Shown: positions 50,020 to 61,399 of the stretch, piece by piece
Layout: each line of letters opens with the position of its first letter
Numbering within the stretch: the stretch's first letter is position 1
Source of the DNA: Octopus sinensis
Taxonomy: Eukaryota
NCBI RefSeq assembly: GCF_006345805.1
Contig: NC_043008.1
Span: 32,054,001-32,118,000 of the forward strand
Length of the DNA stretch: 64,000 nt
Reading direction: 5' to 3'
Program-made: the position numbers and the translations under genes
Notes under the pieces: model-generated
The model's database searches: none
The model's input: the letters and a program-made list of their open reading frames with translations, nothing else
What the model was told of the DNA's origin: nothing

Positions 50020-52865
50020 GTACATGACACTGCTGTCCCCCATCCCAGGGTCTCATGGGCCTACACCTCCCACACCCTCAGGGTTGGGACACTTAATGTT
50101 GGCACACTGAAAGGTAGGTCTGACGGCGTTGGGGGCATGGGTATACTTCTTGCAGAGAAATGGGTTGATAAGATAATCAAGGTAGTCAGAGTCTGTGATA
50201 GAATACCTAAGATTAGATTAGTGCTGCAAAAGGGGTTAGCAACCATTATCTTGGCCTATGCCCCTCAGCCATGGCTACCTGATGAATAGAAAGATCAATT
50301 TTATGACACCCTCTTGCAGACTACCTTGTTGATGAATGACAGGGACCTTCTCTTTGTGGCTGGTGACTTCAATGGACATGTTGGACATGTCGGGGGCTTC
50401 CATGGCATACATGGAGGCTACGGTTTTGGCTTTCGCAAAGAGGAGGGAATCAGGCTGCTGGCGTTCTGTGATGCAAATGATCTTATGGTTTGCAATACTA
50501 ACTTCAGGAAACCTGCCAGTCACTCATTTACTTACCGATCTGGTAGACACACTAGTCAAATTGACTACATCCTCACCAGGAAGCAGGAAAGATGGCTACT
50601 TATAAATGCCAAACCTTCCCAGGTGAAGAATGCACCCCACAACATAGATTACTTGTTAGCAACTTCAGGATCAGGGATAAATGGATGCCCAGAAGACGAC
50701 CAGCATAGAGTAGAAGGATTTGGAAGCTTAAGGATCCTGCGAATGGACAGAAATTTAGAGGTGTATTACTCAAAGCTTTTGAGGAAATAGGGTTTATAGC
50801 ATCACATGATGTGGAAGACAACTGGAGGTTTCTATGGGACAACTTGTTGAGGGCTACTGACCAGATCTGTGGGTGGTGCAGAGTCCCCTCTTGACCCAAG
50901 GTAACATCATGGTGGAACAATGTAGTTGACAGGGCCATTAGGGAAAAGAAATAGGCATGGAAAGACTGGAAGAACGGTGGTAGCAGGGAATTATATCAGA
51001 TTGCCAGAAGGGAAGCTAGGAGACAGGTTTACTTAGCCAGAGGGGAAGCAGATAAGAAAGAATTTGCCAATGTTCTGTGTTGTGAGGATCAAAGACTTGA
51101 GGTGTTTCGTGTTGCAAGACAGTGTGTGACAGAGAAACATGATGTCATAGGAGAGAGAAATGTGTCTGCATGGATGATGGCTCATTTGCATTTAATGAGG
51201 CTGCAAAGAGAGAGACTTGGCGATGCCACTATGAAAGGTTGCTAAATGAAGAGAATGAATGGGAGAAAGAGAGTCTGCTGAATGTCAATCCAACAGAAGG
51301 ACCAGCTATCCAAATTGACAGTTCCTTGGTAGATAAAGCAATTAAGGATATGAAGACAGGGAAAGCCCCCAACCCATCAGGAATCACCATAGAGATGCTT
51401 AAAATATCTGGCAGTGTCAGCTACAGTCTAGTCACTCATATAGTCAATCAGGTGATACATGGAGTCATGCCAATGAAGGGTGTAGCAGCACCATAGTCGA
51501 CTGCTACAAAGGTAGAGGTGATGCATTAGATACAAATAATTACAGCAGTATCAAGCTATTGGATCTGGTAATGAAAGTCACAGAGATGGTCATGGCCCAA
51601 CTAATTAGAGAAAAAGTCAGTCTAGATGGGATGCAGTTTGGTTTTGTGCCCTGGAAAAGCACTACTGTTGCTTTATTTCTGGTAAGATAGCTGCAGGAGA
51701 AATATCTAGCCAAAGATAAACCTCTGTTCCTAGCTTTTGTTGACATGAAGAAAACCTTTGACAGGGTCCTCTGATCCATTAACTGATGGTTAATGAGGGA
51801 ACTAGGGATAGATGAATGGTTAGTGAGAGCTGTAAAAGCTATGTACAGGGATGCTGTCTGTAATGTAAGGGTTGGCAATGAGTACAATGAAGAATTTTGG
51901 ATAGGGGTCCACCAAGGATCAATCCTCAGCCCACTCTTATTCATCATAGTCCTCCAGGCAATAACAGAGGTATTCAAGACAGGATGCCCTTGGGAGCTTC
52001 TCTATGCTGATGACCTTACTCTAATAGCTGAGTCACTATCAGAACTAGAAGAGAAGTTTCAGGTGTGGAAGCAAAGTCTAGAATCGAAAGGCCTTAGAGT
52101 CAACCTAGCAAAAACCAAAGTCTTAATATGTAGGAAGGCAGACAAACCACAAATCCCTTCAGGTAGATGGCCCTGCTTGATCTGTAGAAACGAAGTAGGT
52201 AGAAACTCCATAAGATGTACCCAGTGTAAGCTATGTACACATAAGAGTTGCAGCAATATCAAAGGAAGGCTAACTTGGAAGATAGTTTTTGTGTGTGCCA
52301 GATGCTCAGGAGCAATAAACACTGAAAATGTGCAGAAAACAGCTTCCATCACATTCCAGGGGGCAAAACTACAAGTAATTGATAGCTCCTATTACCTAGG
52401 TGACCAAGTCAGTAGCAGGGGTGGATGCTCTGAGAGTGTAGCTGCTAGAATAAGAATAGCCTGGGCAAAGTTCAGAGAGCTCTTACCTCTGCTGGTGACA
52501 AAAGGCCTCTCGCTCAGAGTGAAAGGTAGACTGTATGATGCACATGTGCGAACAGCCATGCTACATGGCAGTGAAACATGTGCCGTGACTGCTGAGAACA
52601 TGCGTAAGCTTGCAAGGAATGAAGCCAGTATGCTCCGCTGGATGTGTAATATCAGTGTGCATACACGATGGAGTGTAAGCACCCTGAGAGAAAAGTTGGA
52701 CTTAAGAAGCCTCAGATGTGGTATGCAAAAGAGACGACTACGTTGGTATAGTCATGTGTTGTGAATGGACGAGGACAACTGTGTGAAAAAGTGTCACACC
52801 CTAGCACCTGTGGAAAAGCTAGACTCAGGAAGACATGGGATGAGGTGGTGAAGCACAACCTTTGA
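50020..52865 (+). mobile_element. RTE-clade LINE (APE endonuclease + RT), degenerate, 3'-truncated
   Basis: LRVGTLNVGTLKGR, VAGDFNGHVG, SQIDYIL (APE); KAPNPSGI, QFGF, GVHQGSILSP, LLYADD (RT); MLHGSETC, RRLRWYSHVL (RTE C-terminus). Confidence 0.95.
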
Positions 52866-53011
52866 ACAACAGTCTGAAAAATTATATTCTTGAAATTGTA
52901 TTGTTTATGAAAATTATTAACTGTCTGGTTTAAGTTTCAGTCATTATGTATGCATTTTTTTTTGTAGTGATTTCTTTCAAATTAAATTACACCATGTTTG
53001 TTATCTTTCAG

Positions 53012-53251
53012 TCTTGGAGTCGGCACTCTCCACTACCACCAATCCGAGCACGGTCCAATGGCCAGGTGTCACAGGGCTCGGTAGACACAAGCTGTAGTGA
53101 TGACAGTCCCACAGATTACACTCAGGCTACTGACCCATTCTCTGCATTGTCACAAGAAGCTCAGACGTTTGCCCAGCAATATCTTTCCATGGGGTTCCCT
53201 CGGGCCAGAGTTGCGAGGGCTGTCCAAAAATTAGGATTACAAGAAAAAGAT
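53012..53251 (+). CDS. UBAP1: UBAP1 exon, first UBA of SOUBA (..QYLSMGFPRARVARAVQKLG..)
   Basis: ctttcag| 240 nt |gtaagt, phase 0-0, containing the MGF UBA loop. Confidence 0.92.
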
Positions 53252-53344
53252 GTAAGTAAAGTCTGTACACAAATTGAAATAATGTGAATGTAAGAAAGAA
53301 CAGGAGCTCCATACCAACATTTTCATGTATTTTGTGTTTTGGAT

Positions 53345-55055
53345 TTATAAAGAGAGAGTTAATTTAGATGAGTTGCAGTTTGGGTTTGTTCCAGAGAGAA
53401 GCACCATTGATGCTATATTTCTGGTAAGACAGTCGCAGGAGAATTTCCTAGCCAAAGATAACCCTCTGTACTTGGCTTTCATTGACATGGGGAAAACCTT
53501 TGACAGGGACCACACCAATCCCTTATCTGGTGGTCAATGTGGAAACTAAGGATAGATGAGTGGTTGGTGAGAGCTATACCAGTGATGTACAAGGATACTG
53601 TCAGTAAGGTGATGGTTGGCAACAAGTATAGTGAAGAATTCCAGGTAAAAGTAGGAGTTCACCAAGGATCAGTCCTCAGCCCCCTCATATTCATCATAGG
53701 TCCTCCAAGCAATAACAGAGGAATTCAAGACAGGTTGTTCCTGCATGCTCCTCTATGCTGATGACCTTGCTCTAATAGCTGAGTCACTACCAGAACTAGA
53801 GAAGAAGTTTCAGGTGTAGGAACAAGGTCTAAGTTGGAAGGCAGACAAATCACAGATCTCTTCAGGTAAACAGCCCTGCTCGATCTGTAGAAAAGGCTTA
53901 AGTAGAAACTCCATAAGATGTACCCAGTGTTAGTTATAGACACTTAAGAGGTGCAGCAATATCAAATGAAGGTTAACTGGGAAGATAGTTTTTGCATGTA
54001 GCAGATGCACAAAGGCAATAAACACTGAAGATGTACAGAAAACAGATTCCATCACATGCCAGGGGTAAAAACTAGAAGTAGATGATAGCTTCCATTACCC
54101 AGGTGACTAAGTCAGTTGCAGGGGTGGATGCTCTGAGAGTGTTGCTGCTAGAATAAGAATAGCCTGAGCAAAGTTCAGAGAGCTCCTACCATTGCTGGTA
54201 ACAAAGTGCCTCTTGCTCAGAGTGAAAAGTAGACTGTATGATGCATGTGTGTGAACAGCCATGCTACACGGCAGTGAAACATGGGCTGTGACTGCTGATA
54301 ACATGCGTAGGCTTGAAAGAAATGAAGCCAGTATGCTCTGCTGGATGTGTAATGTCAGTGTGCATACACAACAGTGTAAGCAACCTGAGAGAAAAGTTGG
54401 ACATAAGAAGTCTCAGATGTGGTGTGCAAGAGAGACAACTGCTCTGGTCTTGTCATGTGTTGCGTATGGATGAGGACAGCTGCATGAAGTGTCACACCCG
54501 AACAGTGGAAGGAACGTGTGGAGGAGGTAGACCCAGGAAGACCTGGGATGAGGTGGTGAAGCACGACCATCGAACATTGGGCCTCACCGAGGCAATGACA
54601 AGTGACCGAGATCTTTGGAGATATGTTGTGCTTGAGAAGATCCTGCAATCCAAGTGAGATTATAGCCGTGGCCAGTGTCAGTGTCGCATAACCGGCCCAT
54701 TTAAAAGCATCTTTCAGGCATCAGGCAATATGCAGTGCTTGAGAAGACCTGTTGAGTCAAGTGAAATCGTAATCATGGCTGATGCCAGTGTCACTTGACT
54801 GGCACCCATGCCGGTGGCATGTAAAAAGCACCATTCAAGCGTGGTTGATGCCAGTGCCAGCTGACTGGCTCCCATGCTGGTAGAATGTAAAAAGCACCTG
54901 CTACACTCTTGGAGTGGTTGATGTTAAGAAGGGCATCAAGCTGTAGAAACCTTGGCAGATCAGATTGGAACCTGGGTCAGCCTCCTGACTTGCCAGTCCT
55001 CAGTCAAACTGTCCAACCCATGCCAGCACAGAAAGCAGATGTTAAACATGATGAT
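53345..55055 (+). mobile_element. second RTE LINE copy, 5'-truncated, with 3' UTR and (ATG)n tail
   Basis: QFGFVPERST, GVHQGSVLSP, YADD, MLHGSETW, GRPRKTWDEVV, stop at about 54657; then UTR subrepeats and a tail ending gttaaacatgatgat. Confidence 0.93.
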
Positions 55056-55709
55056 CTTTTTATATGTGAGTGCATTTGTTAGCTCATGTATGTATGACTT
55101 GAGAATTATCAAGTTCAGTACCTGCAGTGGCCTATAGTTTCGTCATGGTTCAGATATTTTCAGGCCAGTAAGGATTGAGGAATGTTGTAGGGCTTGAATT
55201 TGTTTGGGTTGTGGATTGTAAATTTGATGGTTTTTTCTCTTTTGTTGCCATAGAGGTGACTGCAGAAAGGTTTGTGAGGAAATCTGCTGACAATCTCATG
55301 AAATGTTTCTCAGAACTCTTAAGGTATTTCAGAAACAGCTGAGAAGAGTTCCAATTGGATCTGGCCAAGTTACAATGCATACAGTTACACAGTATTTGGT
55401 AGCAGAGGGATATCTAGGAGTCATCACCTGGACATGACCTAGCCCCTTTAGAGTGTAAAGAGTTAAGGGCCAAAACACTTGCCTGAGGGGGGGTCCTTTT
55501 TCTCTGAAGATCTGCTGTTCAGCTCTCCCTAAAGTTTCTCACTAACTTTGTTTTCATTTCTTTCTTAATAGTAATTGTATGCAGTATATACCCTAATTTG
55601 AGCAGATGTGCGTAATGTTAGTAGTAATAGTTGTAGAACAGTATAAATGCAGTAGATGTTTTCTAATATTGATGCTAATGACTTCAGTGTTGAATGTTTT
55701 TTTTTTCAG

Positions 55710-55811
55710 GTGATTGATCATCTGTGTATGGTTGACAAACTGGGAGAAGGAGGATATGATCCACACTTGGTTGAAGATGCTTTACATTTATTTGAAAATG
55801 ATATCCAAAAA
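55710..55811 (+). CDS. UBAP1: UBAP1 exon, second UBA (VIDHLCMVDKLGEGGYDPHLVEDALHLFENDIQK)
   Basis: ttttttcag| 102 nt |gtaaga, phase 0-0, with a GYDP..VEDAL SOUBA pattern. Confidence 0.92.
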
Positions 55812-55942
55812 GTAAGACATGCAAATCATTTCATTAAATCTTGGTCATTTATTGTAGTTCTTAATCAGCTATTGATGGCTCTTTGTCATCTGTCATTAGT
55901 CTTGATCATGCAATGTGATTTTCATAACTGCACAGTTATATG

Positions 55943-57167
55943 GGATAGGGGACTGAAAAGTTCAAAGGCTGGCTATGAAGGAGTGATACTAGAGCTGTGA
56001 AATCTTGTATGCATTAATTTCAGCTCTTCTTAATAATTGCATTGTTTCTTTCCAGGTAAACTAACATCTGACTGTTCAAAAGTAACTAGTTGTGACTTTT
56101 CTTGAAAATCAACAAAATTTAGTATTGTCATGTTATCAAGTACCTGCAGAAAAAAGGTTTAGCCCCCAAGGACATTCATGCTGACATGATTGCTATATTA
56201 AGGGATGATGCTGCAGCTTTATCAACAGTGCGAAAGTGGGCTAGGGAATTTAGGAGGAGAAGGGAGAGTCTTGAAGATGACCCAGCATTTGGATGTCCTC
56301 CAACTGTCACCACCAAGGAAAACATTTATCCTTCTCACCACATGGTGATGGATGATGGGCAATTGACTATAAATCAAAACGCCAATGTTATTAGCATATC
56401 CCATGAGTGAGTTGTGAATATTCAGCACAATGTACTTAGCATGAAGAAGATTTCTGCTTGGTGGGTGCTACATCTTCTAATGCCTGATCAAAATCACATC
56501 AGGCTGATCACATCATGGAAAATCTGACATTAATTGAGGCAGATCCAGCTGGTTTCCTTGAATGTTTCCTAACCTAGGATGGGTGTTGGATTGATCACTT
56601 TGAACCAGAGATAAAGAGATAATCCATGCAGTGGAAACACCTGCTCTAAAGAGGTCCAAGGTTATTTCATCTACATGATGGCCTCAGGTATTTTGGGATG
56701 CAAAAGACATTGTGTTTATTGACCATCACTTGAAAGTACTATGCCAACTTGCTGAGACAGTTATGAAAGGCTATCAAGACCTGGTGCCCAGTAAGACTGA
56801 CAAAAGTTGTCTTGTTTCATCAGGACAATGCTCCAGCATGCAAGTCTTTGGTTTCAGTGGCTGCTGTGTGTAACTGTGACTTTGAACTGGTTGATCATCC
56901 TCCCTATTGTCTTGATTTGGCCTCGTCTGACTATCATCTGTTTTCCAACATGAAAAACCACTTGACTGGGAACCAGAATCGCAGTGATGATGTCATATCT
57001 GCTGTTGATGACTTGTTTGACCAGCAGGTTGAAAGCTTCTTCAGCAATGGGATCCAAACACTGCTACACCCATGGAAGAAGTGTGTGAACAACAAGAAGA
57101 ACTATGTTGAAAATTAAATCTCATTTGGTCACATTCCTGAGAGTATGACCTTTTCAGCCAACCCTTG
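55943..57167 (+). mobile_element. mariner (DD34D, irritans/Himar-like), degenerate
   Basis: TIR cores gactgaaaagttca / tgaccttttcagcc; the right end is ttg|TA. STVRKWAREF..EDDP, HQDNAPA..HPPYCLDLASSD with 34-residue spacing. Confidence 0.9.
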
Positions 57168-57199
57168 TACTTGCATGTATGTAATTAGTACTGTCTGTA

Positions 57200-57420
57200 A
57201 TTCTTTAGCATTAAGATTTCTTTTTCAAGTGTATTGCTTATTTATTTACATTGTTTTGAATTAATCATGTATTATCACATAGCTTCAGGATTTCAACAGA
57301 GTGTTTGTATATTTTAAGAATGACATTGTCCGGTAGGTGTAAGAGGTTGGTTCTGATCTGTTTTAACATTAAACAAGTAGAATATTTGGGCTGGATATAC
57401 TCAGATTAAATGCTAAAGGG
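57200..57420 (-). mobile_element. piggyBac-type MITE (reverse orientation)
   Basis: Ends aaatgctaaaggg|TTAA; the body is the reverse complement of 24085-24312. Confidence 0.7.
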
Positions 57421-57674
57421 TTAATGATATTCAAAATAGAAAGAGCATACCCCCCCCACCCAAATAAAAAGTAATAATTTATATGATTTTAGTTGTTAGT
57501 TTAATTGAAAGTATAAAATTATGCAGTACATATTTCATAGAATGTCAGCACTATGTTCTGTCAGATCCACCTCCTTCACAAGGCTCATGCTCCACCAATT
57601 TCATATTTCTGATTCCTTCTCCTGTACCTCCACTGGCATCGTTTTATTGTCTTAACCCATTAAGTCCCACTTTT

Positions 57675-57812
57675 AAATTTAAATTTTTTTTTTTACCAAA
57701 AAGTATAAAAAGAATGATAAATATAGTATAATAAGTAAATATAATATATACTTATTATATTATATTTATCATTCTTTTTATACTTTTTGGTAAATAAAAA
57801 AAATTTAAATTT
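57675..57812. repeat. palindromic AT-rich repeat
   Basis: 57695-57737 pairs with 57749-57791 (43 bp, one G-T); pairing extends imperfectly outward. Confidence 0.9.
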
Positions 57813-57974
57813 TAGATTTTATAATATATATATATATATATATATTATATATTATATTAATTATATTTATATTATCTGTTTAGTTATGTATTGGTTTATG
57901 TCTATCACTGTTTGAGTTGCCTAATAGTGGTTTTATCTCTAATTCATATTTTATATATATATATATATATCTAT

Positions 57975-58945
57975 CATCATCATCATCATCATCATCATTT
58001 AACATCCGCTTTCCATGCTAGCATGGGTTGGACGGTTCAACTGAGGTCTGGGGAGCCCGAAGGCTGCACCAGGCCAATCAGATCTGGCAGTGTTTCTACA
58101 GCTGGATGCCCTTCCTAACGCCAACCACTCCGAGAGTGTAGTGGGTGATTTTATGTGCCACCGACACAGGTGCCAGACGAGGCTGGCGAACGGCCACGCT
58201 CGGATGGTGTTTTTTATGTGCCACCGACACAGGTGCCAGACGAGGCTGGCAGACGGCCACGCTCGGATGGTGTTTTTATGTGCCACCGACACAAGTGCCA
58301 GATGAGGCTGGCAAACGGCCACGATCGGATGGTGTTTGTTACGTGCCCACAGCACGGAGGCCAGTCGATGCGGTACTGGCTACGGCCACGTTCGGATGGT
58401 TTTCTTGTGTGCCACCGGCACTGGTACCACAAAGATACAAATTCCATTGATGTTCATCTATTTTGATTTTTTTGATTTTCACTTGCCTCAACAGGTCTTC
58501 ACAAGTGTCACACACTTGCCTCAACAGGTCTTCACAAGTGTCATAAGAAGGAAGGTATGCACAGGTGGACTGACTACGTCCCAGGTAGGGGCCACGGGTT
58601 ATGGCCTGACTACGTCCCAGGTAGGGGCCACGGGTTATGGCCTGACTACGTCCCAGGTAGGGGCCACGGGTTATGGCCTGACTACGTCCCAGGTAGGGAC
58701 CACGGGTTATGGCCTGACTAGTCTTGCCGGGTCTTCGGATGGTTTTTATGTGCCACCGACACAGGTGCCAGATGAGGCTGGCGAACGGCCACGATCGGAT
58801 GGTGTTTGTTACGTGCCCACAGCACGGAGGCCAGTCGATGTGGTACTGACTACCGCCACGTTCGGATGGTTTTCTTGTGTGCCACCGGCACTGGTACCAC
58901 AAAGATACAAATTCCATTGATGTTCATCTATTTTTGATTTGTTTT
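57975..58945 (-). mobile_element. RTE 3' end with expanded internal minisatellites and an internal duplication
   Basis: Tail at 57975-58150; five 62-66-bp units from 58152; a 31-bp doublet at 58480/58513; four 36-bp units at 58570-58713; 58747-58940 duplicates 58277-58470. Confidence 0.85.
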
Positions 58946-59243
58946 GATTTGATTATATATATATATATATATTATCAATCTAACATATATCAGGAAAAGA
59001 AGCTCACTCTAAAAAATAGAGCAGTAAGTATTAAAACAAGAAGTTAAATTCTGGTCATAGAGTGACCATTGGTTTCGTATCCACAAAAGCTGCAACCTTG
59101 TGAACAGCTCACCAGACTCTATAGAGTTCAACTTTTTATTTTAATATATACAAATACACACACTCATCTATTTATATGTATTTCAAGTTTATATACACAC
59201 ATCAACAAACATAACCTTTTGCCTTTTTTTTTTGTTTTTTCAG

Positions 59244-59369
59244 GCGGAATGCTACTTGCACCTTCATCAACAATTTGTGGAACTTGGATTTCAAAAACCA
59301 AAGATCCAGCATGCATTAGTTACTTCCAAGCTCGACAGTGACAAAGCTTTGGACTTGTTAACCACCTAA
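59244..59369 (+). CDS. UBAP1: UBAP1 last coding exon, third UBA (AECYL..FVELGFQKPKIQHALVTSKLDSDKALDLLTT*)
   Basis: ttttttcag|, phase 0. The LGF..I..AL...D.DKAL..L UBA pattern ends at TAA 59367-59369. ATTAAA at 59570 is a possible polyA signal. Confidence 0.92.
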   Translation, partial: AECYLHLHQQFVELGFQKPKIQHALVTSKLDSDKALDLLTT

Positions 59370-59762
59370 AAGACATTGTTTGTAGAGGAAGGGATGGGGG
59401 AGGGAGTGGGCAGGGGAACAAAACATAATAAACACAATTACAGAAAAAAAAAGAAAAAAATGAATACATACAACACAGAGAATCTAAATCTACTGTGTAA
59501 CTTGGTAAACAAAATCAAAGATTCCTGCATCATTCAATTTTCCTTTTTTCTTCAGTTCTTCTGTTGGATATTAAATTTAACACCTGAAAGTAATGACCAA
59601 CCTCAAACAGAATTTTGATTTTATCCCATTTGAATATATTTTCATTTCAGCTACAAGAGATGTAATCGAATCACTGGTAGACTATCCAAAAATGTAGGGT
59701 TCGTACATGGTAGATGGGACTGGATCAGTTTGTACTTGCACAATGAAAACTGTTTCTCTTAA

Positions 59763-60207
59763 CCCTTTAGCATTTAACCCCTTGCAAATGGATTTAGTAC
59801 TGATAGTCTGTGCTGTGTATTGGTATTAGGCCATTCAGTAACTGCATAATTTTTCATATAAGGAATTTTCTAGTGTATTTACAGATTCTTCTCAATGTGG
59901 TATATTCAAAAACATGGTTCTGCACAGAGCAAGACATTGCATTGCTCACATACACACAGGTTTTGATGTGACCAGTACCACTTCCCATCTGCAAGTAGTT
60001 AAGCTGGCCATGTCCTGCCAAAATATTCAACATGCTTTATGTTCAAACTGGCCAGATCCAGCCTCTCTCATCTACCCTGTAACCTCATTCTAAAAGTAAA
60101 CAATCACATCATTGAAATCTTAAAGCTGTGAGATAATGTATGATTAATTCAAAGCAATATGAATAAATAAGCACTGCATTTGGCAGAGTAATCTGAATGC
60201 TAAAGGC
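59763..60207 (+). mobile_element. piggyBac-type MITE interrupted by a second TTAA-specific MITE (59778-59998)
   Basis: Outer element TTAA|ccctttagcat..aatgctaaagg. Inner element TTAA|CCCCTTGCAAATGG..CCATCTGCAAGTAG|TTAA. Confidence 0.75.
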
Positions 60208-60289
60208 TTTAATGCCCAGGCAGTTCATTAGATGTAGTTAATAGCTTTTGTTACTTAGGAGATATACTTAGCAAAGGAGGTGACTACTC

Positions 60290-61290
60290 TGAAACCATAG
60301 TAGTTAGAGCAGAGTAAGGATGGTTTGGAAAAAGTTCAAGGAGCTAGCACCACTGAAAACCAGTTTATATGATGCTTGTGTTAGAAGTGCAATGCTGCAG
60401 GGTAGTGAGACATGGGTCTTGAATACAGAGGATTTGGAAAGACTGGAAAGAAATGAAACTTACACATGTTATGTACCTCTCTCTCCCTCTCCTCAACCTG
60501 TATACTCTTGCAAACCCCTACTACCTGAGATGCCACCTGGACACCTCATCACCACTGTATGTCTCCGTGGTGCTGAGAGAAGTCACCATATCTAGTTGGA
60601 CAGGGAAACAGAGAGAATGAGAGAACAGTCTTGCTACAGAGGAGGTACTTGGCTACCCTAGTAAGATAAGGACGTGGTGGGAGAAAGAGAGAGTTAAAGA
60701 CAGTCTGAGTGTGAGAGAGAGCTTACCTACAGAAAACAGTGAGCAGGGGGTGGGGTATAAGTAGCATAGAGGGGATAGAGAAGGTGTACCATAAGAGTGA
60801 GGAGAGATGTTTACACCTAGCAAGTGATGTTGAGAGGAATTTGAGTGACCTGCAGTGTTTGGTTGGGATTTAGGGGTGTGGATGGTTGTGGGTGAGTTTG
60901 GCCAGAGGACAGAATTGTGTGTGTAGTTGGAGGTGGGTTATGGCCAAAAGGACATACCTGTACGTATGGATCACCAGAAGTCTTGGTTCCTTGTCATCTC
61001 TTCAGCGAGGCTCAGTGTCTGATGATCCTTTCCCACTACGTCTTGGGTCTACACCTTCCAGATGTTCCCTCCACAATTTCAGATTTATGTGGCTGTCATC
61101 ACCCATATGCATTGCATGACCATATGAGCACAGTTTCCTCTCTTACACGCTACATCTGAAATTTCTTCAACCCAATTTTTCTCTTAAAACATTTGCATAC
61201 AGTTGTTCCTGCACATTAACATTACCCATCCAACAGAGCATGCTGATGTCATATTTTTCAAGCCTTTGCATGTCTACATGCACATGCACG
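60290..61290. mobile_element. RTE LINE fragments (+ at about 60300-60460; - at about 60950-61290)
   Basis: WKKFKEL..LYDACVRSAMLQGSETW..LERNE on +; DMQRLEKYDISMLCWM..LREKLG on -. Confidence 0.7.
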
Positions 61291-61399
61291 TACATATGTA
61301 TGTATGTATCTATATATATATATATACATATATACACACACACCTTCTCGACTTATGACCGAGTTCCATTCTGACTGACAGGTTGCAAGTTGATCTGGT

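Noticed and set aside
49664-50110. Numerous 60-160 aa ORFs rich in YI/CV/HT/I repeats across the window
   Set aside because: They are translations of (TA)n, (CA)n, (TAA)n, (ATC)n microsatellites or pyrimidine-rich tracts.
55253-55323. Possible extra UBAP1 exon (ttgccatag|ag..ttaag|gtattt)
   Set aside because: Its length is not a multiple of 3, it has no SOUBA similarity, and exons 5 and 6 already join in frame.
58165-58330. Hammerhead-ribozyme-like core in the 62-bp unit (CAGA(C/T)GAG-gctgg-CGAAC)
   Set aside because: It deviates at the conserved positions U4 (A here) and A15.1 (C here), and I could not build convincing stems I and III.
58152-58713. CRISPR-like periodic array (36-bp and ~62-bp repeats)
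   Set aside because: The units are head-to-tail with no unique spacers, there are no cas genes, the context is a eukaryotic intron, and the units are homologous to the RTE 3' UTR.
58336-58920. 194-aa and 192-aa ORFs on opposite strands
   Set aside because: They are by-products of stop-free 36-bp repeats within a retroelement UTR; there is no splice or homology support.
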